This document shows, piece by piece, positions 18,504 through 27,666 of a DNA stretch of 40,638 nucleotides. Under the pieces are notes generated by a model that was not told where the DNA came from, did no database searches, and saw only the letters and a program-made list of their open reading frames with translations. Made by a program: the position numbers and the translations under genes. This DNA comes from a candidate division TA06 bacterium SM23_40 (GTDB lineage: Bacteria; LJUI01; SM1-40), in NCBI GenBank assembly GCA_001303705.1, contig LJUI01000046.1, forward strand, positions 1-40,638, written 5' to 3'. Numbering within the stretch: position 1 is the stretch's first letter; each line of letters starts with the position of its first letter.

Positions 18504-20552
18504 ATGACAGCAATACTGATTGCTACAGCCGCAGGATTGTTGGGGATGTTCTTCGCTGTGGTCACGGCGGTAAGGGTTATGCGCAAGCCCGCAGGCAGCG
18601 AGGAGATGGTGGCCATCTCGGACGCCGTGCACGAAGGTGCGATGGCGTTCCTCCACCGCGAGTACAGGGCCATCGGGATCTTCGCTGCTGCAGTCTTCCT
18701 GGTCCTCGTCTTCGGACTCGGGACTCAGGGGTTCACGTCATCGCTCGCCACCGGAGTGGCGTTTCTCGTCGGGGCGCTCTGTTCTGTCACTGCCGGGTAC
18801 TTCGGGATGCAGATTTCGACGAGAGCGAATACGAGGACGGCTGAGGCGGCCAAGATCGGGTTCGGTGAAGCTCTTGCCGTCGCGTTCCCGGGTGGAGCCG
18901 TGATGGGTCTGACGGTTGTAGGGATCGGTCTATTCGGCCTCTCTCTTCTCTATTTCATCTACATCGAAGTGTTCGACGGCGGCACCGTGATGGAGCAGGT
19001 GTTGCGCGCGACCGGGGTGATCGCGGGGTTCAGCATGGGGGCGAGTTCGGTTGCGCTCTTCGCCCGCGTTGGCGGCGGAATCTACACCAAGGCGGCAGAT
19101 GTCGGTGCTGATCTTGTGGGGAAGGTTGAACGGGGCATTCCCGAGGATGACCCGCGCAACCCGGCGACGATTGCCGACAACGTGGGCGATAATGTCGGCG
19201 ACGTCGCGGGTATGGGAGCGGATCTCTTCGAGTCGTATGTCGGTTCGATCATCTCCGGGCTCGTAATCGCGGCGGCCGTGTTGCCCGAGGGCGCCAGGCT
19301 GCGCGGCATACTGCTCGTCTTCTTCTTCGCCGCGATCGGTCTGGTCTCGTCGCTCATCGGGGTCTTTTTGGTCAGGAGCAGGGGGAATCCCCAGGCTGCA
19401 CTCAGAAACGGCACCTTCGGCAGCGCGTTCCTGTTCATCGTCGGGTCCTTCGTATTGAGCGCTGTCTGGTACGGCGATCTGCGCGTCTTCTTCGCCACAC
19501 TATCCGGCATCGTGGCCGGGCTCGTAATCGGAGCTGTCGCCGAATACTACACATCAGGACGTTCGATACGCGAGATAGCGGAGGCCTCGAAGACCGGCAC
19601 AGCGACCAACATCATCGCCGGACTCGCAATATCGATGAAGAGCACGGTCATTCCGCTCATCGTCATAGCAGCGGCGATAATCATTTCGTTCAAATCGGTG
19701 GGATTCTTCGGCGTTGCCCTCGCCGGCATCGGGATGCTATCTATTGCGGGGATTACAGTGGCGGTCGATGCGTACGGGCCGATCGCAGACAATGCTGGAG
19801 GCATCGCCGAGATGGCGCACCTGGCGCCAGATGTGCGGAGGATCACCGATTCTCTCGATGCGGCGGGAAACACCACGGCAGCCGTCGCAAAGGGATTCGC
19901 CATCGGATCGGCCGCGCTCACAGCCCTCGCTCTCTTCTCTGCGTTCACGCAGGTCGCACCACTGCGCAGCATAGATATCATGGATCCGCGGGTCATCGGT
20001 GGGCTCTTCGTGGGGGGCATCGTCCCGTATATCTTCGCATCGATGACGATGCGCGCGGTGGGCCGGTCAGCGTTCCGGGTAGTGGAGGAGGTGCGGCGGC
20101 AGTTCCGGGAGATTCCCGGGCTGGCGGACGGGACCGGGAGGGCGGAGTACGCGAGGTGTGTCGACATCACTACGGCTGGCGCTCTCCGCGAGATGATCGG
20201 GCCGGGGATAATCGCCGTCCTCATCCCGATCGCCATGGGGAGTCTATTTGGATTCGAAGCGCTGGGCGGCATGCTCGCGGGCTCGCTCGTCGTGGGAGTG
20301 CCCCTGGCGATCTTCATGGCCAACGCTGGTGGGGCATGGGATAACGCTAAAAAATACATAGAAGCAGGGCATCTCGGGGGCAAGGGATCAGACTCGCACA
20401 AGTCAGCCGTTGTCGGCGACACCGTCGGCGACCCGTTCAAGGATACGTCGGCACCCTCAATGAACATCTTGCTCAAGCTCATGGCCGTGGTCTCACTGGT
20501 CTTCACGCCTCTCATAGTCGTCCTGAACGGATACATCGGCATCTTTCGCTAG
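18504..20552 (+). CDS. hppA: Membrane-bound Na+/H+-translocating pyrophosphatase, K+-dependent type
   Basis: [52 protein letters not shown] has Ala rather than Lys, the established K+-dependence signature. Confidence 0.97.
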   Translation: MTAILIATAAGLLGMFFAVVTAVRVMRKPAGSEEMVAISDAVHEGAMAFLHREYRAIGIFAAAVFLVLVFGLGTQGFTSSLATGVAFLVGALCSVTAGYFGMQISTRANTRTAEAAKIGFGEALAVAFPGGAVMGLTVVGIGLFGLSLLYFIYIEVFDGGTVMEQVLRATGVIAGFSMGASSVALFARVGGGIYTKAADVGADLVGKVERGIPEDDPRNPATIADNVGDNVGDVAGMGADLFESYVGSIISGLVIAAAVLPEGARLRGILLVFFFAAIGLVSSLIGVFLVRSRGNPQAALRNGTFGSAFLFIVGSFVLSAVWYGDLRVFFATLSGIVAGLVIGAVAEYYTSGRSIREIAEASKTGTATNIIAGLAISMKSTVIPLIVIAAAIIISFKSVGFFGVALAGIGMLSIAGITVAVDAYGPIADNAGGIAEMAHLAPDVRRITDSLDAAGNTTAAVAKGFAIGSAALTALALFSAFTQVAPLRSIDIMDPRVIGGLFVGGIVPYIFASMTMRAVGRSAFRVVEEVRRQFREIPGLADGTGRAEYARCVDITTAGALREMIGPGIIAVLIPIAMGSLFGFEALGGMLAGSLVVGVPLAIFMANAGGAWDNAKKYIEAGHLGGKGSDSHKSAVVGDTVGDPFKDTSAPSMNILLKLMAVVSLVFTPLIVVLNGYIGIFR

Positions 20553-20617
20553 GAGGCCGGCCGAAGGTGCCGGATCAACCCTGTGCTCGTGACTGAGCGT
20601 GCGATCGGTGCTGTCAC

Positions 20618-21712
20618 ATGATGCGTCTCGGCATCATAGGATTGCCGAATGTCGGCAAGTCGACGTTGCTCAACGCGCTGACGAAGGCCGACGCCGAAGT
20701 CGGGGCATATCCGTTCACCACGATCGATCGGAACATCGGGATCGTAGAGGTGCGGGACGAGCGGCTCGACCGACTGGGGGAGCTCCTCAAGCCTGAGAAG
20801 CTGACTCCGGCCCGGGTCGAAGTCGTCGACATCGCCGGCCTCGTGCGCGGCGCGTCGAAGGGTGAAGGACTGGGGAACCGATTCCTCGGCCACATCCGGG
20901 AGGTCGATTGCGTACTCCATGTCGTTCGCCTGTTCCGGGATGAGAACGTGGCGCACGTGGAGCAGGGCATAGATCCCCGTCGCGATGTCGAGATCATCAA
21001 TCTGGAACTCGCACTGGCCGATCTCGATACCGTCGCCAAACAGATCGAGAAGACGAGGAAGGCGGGCAAGACCGGGGACGCCGGGGCAGAGAAGAGACTC
21101 GAAGCCCTGGGACGGATCGAGGCTGCCCTCAATGATGGCACGGCGAGCGCCGCGGCGCGGGAGGATGATGAGATCGCGGGAGTGGCACGCGAGCTCTTTC
21201 TCCTCACCACCAAGCCGACACTCTACGTGGCAAATTGCGGCGAAGAAGATCTCAGTGCCGGACAGATAGAGGGTGTCCGGATACTGGAGGAGTTAGCGGC
21301 GTCAGAGGGGAGGGGGGTCGTCGTCGTCTCCGCGAAATCCGAGAGCGAGCTGGCTGAACTCTCTCTCGAGGAGTGTGGTCGGTTCCGCGCGGAGCTGGGG
21401 CTCGAGGAGTTCGACGCCGCTACAGTGGTGGAACGGGGGTACTGTCTTCTCGACCTGATTACCTTTTACACGATCGTCGGCACGGAGACTCGCGCCTGGT
21501 CTCTCATCAGAGGTACTCCGATGGTGGAGGCCGCGGGCCGGATCCATACTGATATGGCGAAGGGATTCATCAAGGCGGAGGTCGTCTCCTGTGATCGCCT
21601 GTTTGAACTCAGCTCATGGGAGGCGGCGCGAGAACATGGTGAGCTGCGCATTGAAGGTCGTGATTACGTCGTGCAGGACGGCGATGTCGTCCATGTAAGG
21701 TTTCATGTCTAG
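20618..21712 (+). CDS. ychF: Redox-regulated ATPase YchF
   Basis: GLPNVGKST, YPFTTI, DIAGLVRGASKGEGLGN.FL, AAGRIHTD, EGRDYVVQDGD. Confidence 0.97.
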   Translation: MMRLGIIGLPNVGKSTLLNALTKADAEVGAYPFTTIDRNIGIVEVRDERLDRLGELLKPEKLTPARVEVVDIAGLVRGASKGEGLGNRFLGHIREVDCVLHVVRLFRDENVAHVEQGIDPRRDVEIINLELALADLDTVAKQIEKTRKAGKTGDAGAEKRLEALGRIEAALNDGTASAAAREDDEIAGVARELFLLTTKPTLYVANCGEEDLSAGQIEGVRILEELAASEGRGVVVVSAKSESELAELSLEECGRFRAELGLEEFDAATVVERGYCLLDLITFYTIVGTETRAWSLIRGTPMVEAAGRIHTDMAKGFIKAEVVSCDRLFELSSWEAAREHGELRIEGRDYVVQDGDVVHVRFHV

Positions 21713-21741
21713 TTCCACGTTGGAAAGGAGGCGCCAGTACA

Positions 21742-22179
21742 TTGCCAGGCACAAGGAGGTATGAGATACTCTTCATCCTGGATGCAGGGCTCGAGGACGC
21801 TGCGTCGAACGAGAAGATCGACAAAGTGACGGCGATCATCAAGGACGGAGGCGGAGAGGTCGTTTCGATCGATAAGTGGGGAAGGCGGGAGTTGGCTTAC
21901 GAGATCGACAAGAAGCGCATGGGGTTCTATGCACTGATCCAGTTCGAGGGATCTAAGCCGATTCTCGACGAGCTCGACAGATTGCTGAAGCTCGATGAGG
22001 CATTCCTGCGCTACCTAACGACCAGGACGATCGAAAAGGGTGCGCCGGCGCAGCGCGAGGAGCGCGGAGAGGGGGAGACAGGCGACGACGCAGAGCCTCC
22101 TCCGGCTCCCGCCGAGCCCGAGCCCGAGGCAGAGTCCACCCCCGTCAAGGAGGTCGATGGATTCGGCGCCATCACCTGA
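21742..22179 (+). CDS. rpsF: 30S ribosomal protein S6
   Basis: RRYEILFIL, WGRRELAYEI, LRYL; TTG start after AAGGAGG. Confidence 0.95.
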   Translation: MPGTRRYEILFILDAGLEDAASNEKIDKVTAIIKDGGGEVVSIDKWGRRELAYEIDKKRMGFYALIQFEGSKPILDELDRLLKLDEAFLRYLTTRTIEKGAPAQREERGEGETGDDAEPPPAPAEPEPEAESTPVKEVDGFGAIT

Positions 22180-22344
22180 TTCGAGCGGACTGCCCGGTAT
22201 CGCCGGGCGAGCGACCCTGCGGCCGTTCCGGCGAGAAGGTCGCCGCAGCGCCTGTCGTCATGAGTCGCACGCCGGGAGGTTCGCGCAATGGGAGAACCGG
22301 GTGTATGTCTGTCGCATCACGAGCGGTGAGATGTGGAGGCCATC

Positions 22345-22788
22345 ATGGCTGATCTGCGATTGCCTACGTTGAACAGGGTGTTACTGACCGGGCGGCTGAC
22401 GCGCGACTGTGAGTTGCGATATACGCCGAGCGGCGTGGCTGTAACGAACTTCTCCATCGCCTGTAACCGTCGGTACAAAGATCAGAGTGGGGAGTGGAGG
22501 GACGAGACGACCTTTGTCGGTATAGTGGCGTGGCAGAGGCTTGCCGAACGCTGCGGGGAGTATCTGCACAAAGGGAGCGCAATAATGGTCGAGGGCAGGC
22601 TCCACAGCCGAAGCTGGGAGACTGAAGACGGCCAGCGCAGGAGCATTCTCGAAGTGAGAGCTGACCGCGTGGAATTCCTCGATCGGCTCGGAGCTGAGGA
22701 GAGGGCGGCGGCGACAGCGACGACAGAGAGTCCGAAGGCGGATGAGCCCGAGACCACGCCCGGAACCGATGATGACGTTCCATTCTAG
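22345..22788 (+). CDS. ssb: Single-stranded DNA-binding protein
   Basis: LNRVLLTGRLTRD.ELRYTPSG, VEGRL, C-terminal DDDVPF. Confidence 0.97.
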   Translation: MADLRLPTLNRVLLTGRLTRDCELRYTPSGVAVTNFSIACNRRYKDQSGEWRDETTFVGIVAWQRLAERCGEYLHKGSAIMVEGRLHSRSWETEDGQRRSILEVRADRVEFLDRLGAEERAAATATTESPKADEPETTPGTDDDVPF

Positions 22789-22865
22789 GAAATAGTGTCA
22801 CGTGGCCTCTGTCTGTGTTATCCTGCCGGGCGGCCCCCAAATCGATGATGTCGAAGGAGGGATAG

Positions 22866-23099
22866 ATGGCATTTGAACGACGTTTTCGCAAGAAGGTCTG
22901 CAAGTTCTGCGTCGAGAAGATCAAGGAGATCGACTACAAGGACGACAAGCGTCTGCGCAGATTCATGACTGAGCGTGGACGCATCGTGCCCCGCCGGATC
23001 ACCGGGACGTGCGCCAAGCATCAGCGACAGCTGACGATAGCGATCAAGCGGGCGCGGCACATGGCGCTCCTCCCGTATGTGACGGAGTACTATCGGTGA
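22866..23099 (+). CDS. rpsR: 30S ribosomal protein S18 (Zn-ligand-retaining form)
   Basis: [40 protein letters not shown]. Confidence 0.98.
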   Translation: MAFERRFRKKVCKFCVEKIKEIDYKDDKRLRRFMTERGRIVPRRITGTCAKHQRQLTIAIKRARHMALLPYVTEYYR

Positions 23100-23256
23100 T
23101 TGGAGAGGTGGGCGTCCGTTGCGGTCATTGAGCGACGGTGCGGCGGGCTGAACAGAGGAATCGGCGCCACGTCTCCCCTACTGAGGTGTTGGGCCGTGGG
23201 GGCCGGCAGATGTGGCAGCAGGGCACCACGAAAGATACTTGAGGGACGACGAGACT

Positions 23257-23700
23257 ATGCAAGTGATTCTGCTGGAGGATATCGATCGCCTGGGGAAGCG
23301 TGGATCGGTCGTTACGGTGGCCGATGGATACGGGAGGAACTATCTCCTCCCGCAGCGGAAGGCGGTAACTGCGACGCCGGGTAACCGAAAGTGGTTCGAG
23401 CAGGAGGAGAAACAGGCCGGCGTTCGCGCCGAAAAGGCGCGTCGCGAGGCCGAGAGGATCCAGAAGAAGGTCGAAAAGCTGTCGTTGACGGTCGTCGTCC
23501 AGGCAGGAGAGGATGACAAGCTCTTCGGGGCTGTCACCTCGCAGACCATCGCTCAGTTGCTCAAGGATCAGGGAGTGGAGATCGACAGGCATAAGATCAT
23601 TCTCGAGGGACCGCTCAAGGAACTCGGCGTGTACACGATTCCCATACGGCTCCACAGCGACGTCGAGGCGCACGTGAAACTCTGGGTCGTGCGCGAGTAG
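23257..23700 (+). CDS. rplI: 50S ribosomal protein L9
   Basis: MQVILLEDI..LGK.G, VADGYGRNYLLP, KLFGAVT, LKELG. Confidence 0.97.
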   Translation: MQVILLEDIDRLGKRGSVVTVADGYGRNYLLPQRKAVTATPGNRKWFEQEEKQAGVRAEKARREAERIQKKVEKLSLTVVVQAGEDDKLFGAVTSQTIAQLLKDQGVEIDRHKIILEGPLKELGVYTIPIRLHSDVEAHVKLWVVRE

Positions 23701-23834
23701 GTGTGCCCGGTCGATCTACCTCTGCGCGTATGGGATGAGTGCCTGGACGAGTCGGGAGAGCGTGAGAGGTGATGGTCGGGATCGGGGAGGCGGCCGGGAC
23801 GCCTGTTCACCGGTAGTGAGCCGGGAAAGGAGAT

Positions 23835-25385
23835 GTGGCTATGGTCGATATAACGGTCTTCGATCGCCGCATCGATCGCCGCACATTCATACGAAGAGGG
23901 ATCGAGGGCGGGATCTGCCTGGCTCTCGCGCCGATCGTGATCGAGCAACTCCGGAGCCCCGGGGCACTCGCTGAGGAAATCGCGGTCGAGGAGTCGGTGG
24001 CCCTGCTCGGCAAGGAGGAGCTCGAACGCCTGCTCGCGATCGCCCTCGAGCATGGGGGAGACTTCGCTGATGTCTACGCCGAGCGCCGCATCAGGCGCAG
24101 CATCTCTCTCGAAGAAGACAGGATCACGGCGGTCCAGTACGGCATCGATCGGGGCGTTGGCATCAGGGTGACGACGGGACTGACGACGGGATATGCATAC
24201 TCCGACGACTTCTCTTCCGACAAACTGGCGGAGGCAGCTCGGACGGCATCGTTCATAGCCCGCAACAAGCCGAGGAGCGAGGTTGTCGGCCTCACCAGGC
24301 GCGAGCCCCCGCGCTACATCTGGGCGGACATCAATCTAGAAACGGTCGCCGAGAGGGAACGGGTCGCGGTGATGCAGCGGGCGAATGAGGCGGCCAAGGC
24401 GTACCATGGCAAGATCCGCCGCGTCTCAGTCTCGCACGATGAAGAGACGAAGCAGATATTGGTCGCGAATTCGCGGGGCGTCTTCGTGGAAGACACACAG
24501 CCGCTCATCTACTTCACCGTTCATGCCTTCGCACAGGATGGCGGTGCGCGGCATCGCGGCAGGCACCGCGTGAGCGGACATATGGGCTTCGAGTTCTTCG
24601 AGAAGTACCGGCCCGAGGAGGTGGCGAACGAGGCGGCGAGGGAGGCGGTGACGATGCTCGAGGCCGCACCGGCCCCCGCCGGCGAGATGCCCGTCGTCGT
24701 CATCCAGGGATGGGGAGGCGTCCTCTTCCATGAGGCGGTGGGTCACGGGCTCGAGGCCGATGCGATCGTCAAAGGGAGTTCATACTACAAGGGGAAGATC
24801 GGAGAGCGGGTTGCATCCGATTTCGTGACGATGGCCGATGATGGCTCGATCCCGCGGCTGCGCGGCACGACGAACGTGGACGACGAGGGCACCCCCACGC
24901 AGCGGAACATCCTGATCGACCGGGGGATACTGCGCCGGTACATGACCGATATCGTATCGGCACGGGCTCTCAAGGCCGAGCTGACCGGCAACGGGCGGCG
25001 GGAATCGTATCGCTACTACCCGCTCGTGAGGATGACAAACACGTTCCTGTTGAAGGGCAAGGACGACCCCGAGGAGATCGTCAGAGCGACGAAGAGCGGT
25101 CTGTACGCCCGCGCCTTCTCCGGGGGTGTGGTCGATACCACGTCGGGGAGTTTCACGTTCACGGTGCGGGAAGCGTACCTGATAGAGAACGGCAAGATTA
25201 CGAGGCCGGTGCGCGGAGCGACGCTGATCGGCAACGGACCGGACGCCCTGAAGAGCATCGACATGGTGGGGACGAACCTCGAATTCGGGCCGGGGACATG
25301 CGGGAAGGGGCAGTGGGTCCCCGTCACGTCCGGCCAGCCGACGATCAGGATGGGAAAGATCACGGTCGGAGGAACCGCAGTCTAG
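23835..25385 (+). CDS. tldD: TldD family metalloprotease with an N-terminal twin-arginine signal
   Basis: GGDFADVYAE, GVLFHEAVGHGLEAD, DDEGTP, TGNGRRESY, RMTNT, CGK; N-terminal DRRTFIR. Confidence 0.93.
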   Translation: MAMVDITVFDRRIDRRTFIRRGIEGGICLALAPIVIEQLRSPGALAEEIAVEESVALLGKEELERLLAIALEHGGDFADVYAERRIRRSISLEEDRITAVQYGIDRGVGIRVTTGLTTGYAYSDDFSSDKLAEAARTASFIARNKPRSEVVGLTRREPPRYIWADINLETVAERERVAVMQRANEAAKAYHGKIRRVSVSHDEETKQILVANSRGVFVEDTQPLIYFTVHAFAQDGGARHRGRHRVSGHMGFEFFEKYRPEEVANEAAREAVTMLEAAPAPAGEMPVVVIQGWGGVLFHEAVGHGLEADAIVKGSSYYKGKIGERVASDFVTMADDGSIPRLRGTTNVDDEGTPTQRNILIDRGILRRYMTDIVSARALKAELTGNGRRESYRYYPLVRMTNTFLLKGKDDPEEIVRATKSGLYARAFSGGVVDTTSGSFTFTVREAYLIENGKITRPVRGATLIGNGPDALKSIDMVGTNLEFGPGTCGKGQWVPVTSGQPTIRMGKITVGGTAV

Positions 25386-25488
25386 TCTCCTCCTGCCGTG
25401 GTGTCTTCGGGATGGTTCGAGCAGATGATCGGGTCCGGAGAGATATATCAGACGGTAATGAGTCATATGAGCGATGGGAGATCTTCCA

Positions 25489-26826
25489 ATGGACCATGAG
25501 ACATTCGCAGAACAGACCCTTCGCAGGCTGAAGAGCGCCGGGGCAGATAGTGCGGAGATCTTCATCGAGGAAAGTGTCAGTCTCGAGGCGGGCGTCCGGG
25601 AGGGAGAGATCGAGACGTTGCGGCAGTCGTCACCCATGGGATATGGCATCAGGGTATTCAGGGGCGGACGGATGGCGTTCGTCGACTCGACAGACTTCTC
25701 TCAGGCTGCCACGGATGACGTCATAGACAAGGCTATCGCGCTCGCCCGGGAGGCGGGCGAGGATCCGCACCACGGCCTGCCCGCAGGGCCGATCCGCCAG
25801 CCGATGCGGCGGATCTTCGATGCGGGCCTGGAGCGGGTCTCGCTGGAGGAGAAGGTCGAGCGGTGCCGCAGGGCCGAGCAGATCGGGCTCAAGTACGATC
25901 GGCTCATCAAGGCGTGCGACGGCGCATACTACTCGGAGACGCGGGGCCGCACAACAATAGCCAACACTCGCGGAGTACTGGCCAGCTACCAGAGGACAGA
26001 CTGTTCGGTCGGAATCGAACTCGTGGCTGAGCGAGGTCCTCACAAGCAGCCTGGCGGGTATGGCGCCGGTGTCCGATTCTACGGTGATCTGCCCCGAGCA
26101 GGGGAGATCGCCAGGGAGGCGGGATATCGTGCGGTTTCACAGCTGGCCGGAGAGCCGGTGCCGAGCCAGAAGGCCCCCGTCGTCTTCGACCGACGGGCCG
26201 GGGCGAGGCTCCTCCATGGCATCGGTTCGGCCCTGAACGGGCTGTCGGTCTATCAGGGAGCATCGTTCTTGGCGGGAAGGGTGGGTGAGCGGGTCGGGTC
26301 GGAGCTCGTCACGATCATGGACGATGGCACGATGCGGAAGCGAACCGGGACGACACCTGTCGACGGCGAAGGCGTGCCCACCTCCCGGAAGGTGCTCATC
26401 GATCGGGGGATCCTCAAGGGATACATGTACAACACGTACGCCGCCAACAGAGCGGGGACGAGGTCGACGGGCAACGCATCGCGCTGGTGGTATGGCGGGC
26501 TGCCCGGGATCGGGACCACCAATTTCTATCTGGAAAAGGGGACGACATCGCGCGATGAGGTGATCGGTGGCGTGAAGGAAGGGCTGTTCGTGCTCGGGAC
26601 GCTCGGATTCGGGGTCGACTCGGTGAGCGGCAGCTTCTCCACGGGGGCGAGCGGGCTCTGGATCAAGAACGGCAAACTGACCGATCCCGTCGGGCGGGTG
26701 ACCATCGCCTCGACCCTGGACGAGATGCTCATGGGTATCGATGCCGTGGGCGACGACCTCATCTGGCTCGGTTCGATGGCAACCCCCACCTACCGCATCA
26801 AGGAGATGACGATCAGCGGGGTGTAG
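25489..26826 (+). CDS. pmbA: TldE/PmbA family protein
   Basis: GADSAEIF, SFLAGRVGERVGS, DGEGVP, STGNASR, SGSFS.GASG; lacks HExxxH; follows tldD. Confidence 0.9.
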   Translation: MDHETFAEQTLRRLKSAGADSAEIFIEESVSLEAGVREGEIETLRQSSPMGYGIRVFRGGRMAFVDSTDFSQAATDDVIDKAIALAREAGEDPHHGLPAGPIRQPMRRIFDAGLERVSLEEKVERCRRAEQIGLKYDRLIKACDGAYYSETRGRTTIANTRGVLASYQRTDCSVGIELVAERGPHKQPGGYGAGVRFYGDLPRAGEIAREAGYRAVSQLAGEPVPSQKAPVVFDRRAGARLLHGIGSALNGLSVYQGASFLAGRVGERVGSELVTIMDDGTMRKRTGTTPVDGEGVPTSRKVLIDRGILKGYMYNTYAANRAGTRSTGNASRWWYGGLPGIGTTNFYLEKGTTSRDEVIGGVKEGLFVLGTLGFGVDSVSGSFSTGASGLWIKNGKLTDPVGRVTIASTLDEMLMGIDAVGDDLIWLGSMATPTYRIKEMTISGV

Positions 26827-26929
26827 TAGCTCAGCGGGGTTTAGCAGCTCAACGGAGTTTGGCAGCTCAGCGGGGTCTAGGAGCTCAAGGGGGCTCAGCA
26901 GCTGAGCGGAGTTTGACAGTTCAACGGGG
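26813..26929. repeat. Degenerate 18-bp tandem repeat, about 6.5 copies
   Basis: TCAGCGGGGTGTAGTAGC, TCAGCGGGGTTTAGCAGC, TCAACGGAGTTTGGCAGC, TCAGCGGGGTCTAGGAGC, TCAAGGGGGCTCAGCAGC, TGAGCGGAGTTTGACAGT, TCAACGGGG. Confidence 0.9.
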
Positions 26930-27140
26930 CCGGGTGGCTGTACCGTCCTCAGTGCGCTTTCATCTCTTGTATGGCGCACCTCACATCGCTCTCTACGCGA
27001 CTTCTTTGCGTCCAGGATAATGCGCCGCGGCCTCCGTAGACCGCGGCATTGTCATTACCCCCGCGAAGATGATCGCAGCAGTGTCGCGCTGCGCCATCTG
27101 GCGCGGAGGCGCGTTAGTACTGCTGCTGAGGGCTTGCCAC

Positions 27141-27189
27141 AGAAGAAGGAGCTGAGGCGGATCTGCGTGGTGCGTCCTCGCCTCAGCTC
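27141..27189 (-). terminator. Hairpin plus pyrimidine tail, likely terminator of the candidate sRNA
   Basis: GAGCTGAGGCG (27149-27159) and CGCCTCAGCTC (27179-27189) form a perfect 11-bp stem, followed on the minus strand by CTTCTTCT. Confidence 0.6.
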
Positions 27190-27287
27190 GTGTAGTTGAA
27201 TGGGGCCGTTGCTCAGGTGGCGGAGCACTCAGCTACCGAGGAGGTGGCGTACTCGGCAGCCTACCGGCCCCATAAGCTGTCTGATCA
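27141..27287 (-). ncRNA. Candidate novel structured small RNA (three-way junction with twin CGCCACCU loops)
   Basis: Lies between a near-consensus promoter and a terminator-like hairpin, with no credible ORF. P1 TGGGGCCG/CGGCCCCA; hairpins GCTGCCGAG/CTCGGTAGC and TGCTC/GAGCA. Confidence 0.6.
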
Positions 27288-27293
27288 ACTTGT

Positions 27294-27322
27294 AGTATAT
27301 AAGATAGAGTCGAGAGTGTCAA
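27294..27322 (-). promoter_or_regulatory. Near-perfect sigma70 promoter
   Basis: Minus strand TTGACA (27322-27317), 17 nt, TATACT (27299-27294), in an AT-rich island. Confidence 0.8.
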
Positions 27323-27340
27323 GTGTGAATCTGAACGAGT

Positions 27341-27530
27341 GCTGGTCACGGCCGGTGAAGGCCAGCGGCGGCCGGCAAAGACCAACAATGGTCAGCAAGG
27401 ACGAACAAAGGCCGGTGAAGGCAAGCGAGAGCCAGTCGAGGCCAACAGACGCCACCCAAAGTCAGGAATGGCCAGGAAAGACTGGCAGGAGCCGGCGACG
27501 GCCGACAAAGAGCGTGAGAGGCCAGCCGGG
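27341..27530. repeat. Degenerate 10-bp tandem array, about 19 units, consensus GCCRGCRAAG
   Basis: In-register units include gccggtgaag, gccagcggcg, gccggcaaag, gccggtgaag, gccagtcgag, gccaggaaag, gccggcgacg, gccgacaaag. Confidence 0.75.
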
Positions 27531-27666
27531 GGACCTCCCGTGAGCGTTGATCTAGGTCTCTGCTCCAGGTTGATTCCAGCTGATCGATCCCGATGGGAGA
27601 TTCTCGCGTTGCCCGGCGCCAGAGAGGCGCGCACAGCGATAGCAGCCACGATTGGGAGAATGCCGC

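Noticed and set aside
26137-26979. Minus-strand ORF with a PAELLN hexapeptide repeat
   Set aside because: It is the 18-bp array plus the antisense shadow of tldE.
27202-27272. Plus-strand tRNA gene (GGGGCCG..GCTCAGGTGGCGGAGC..CGGCCCCA)
   Set aside because: Acceptor- and D-arm-like parts exist, but the anticodon stem and TTCGA T-loop are absent. Promoter, terminator and G-U pairing favour a minus-strand RNA. A tRNA ancestry cannot be excluded.
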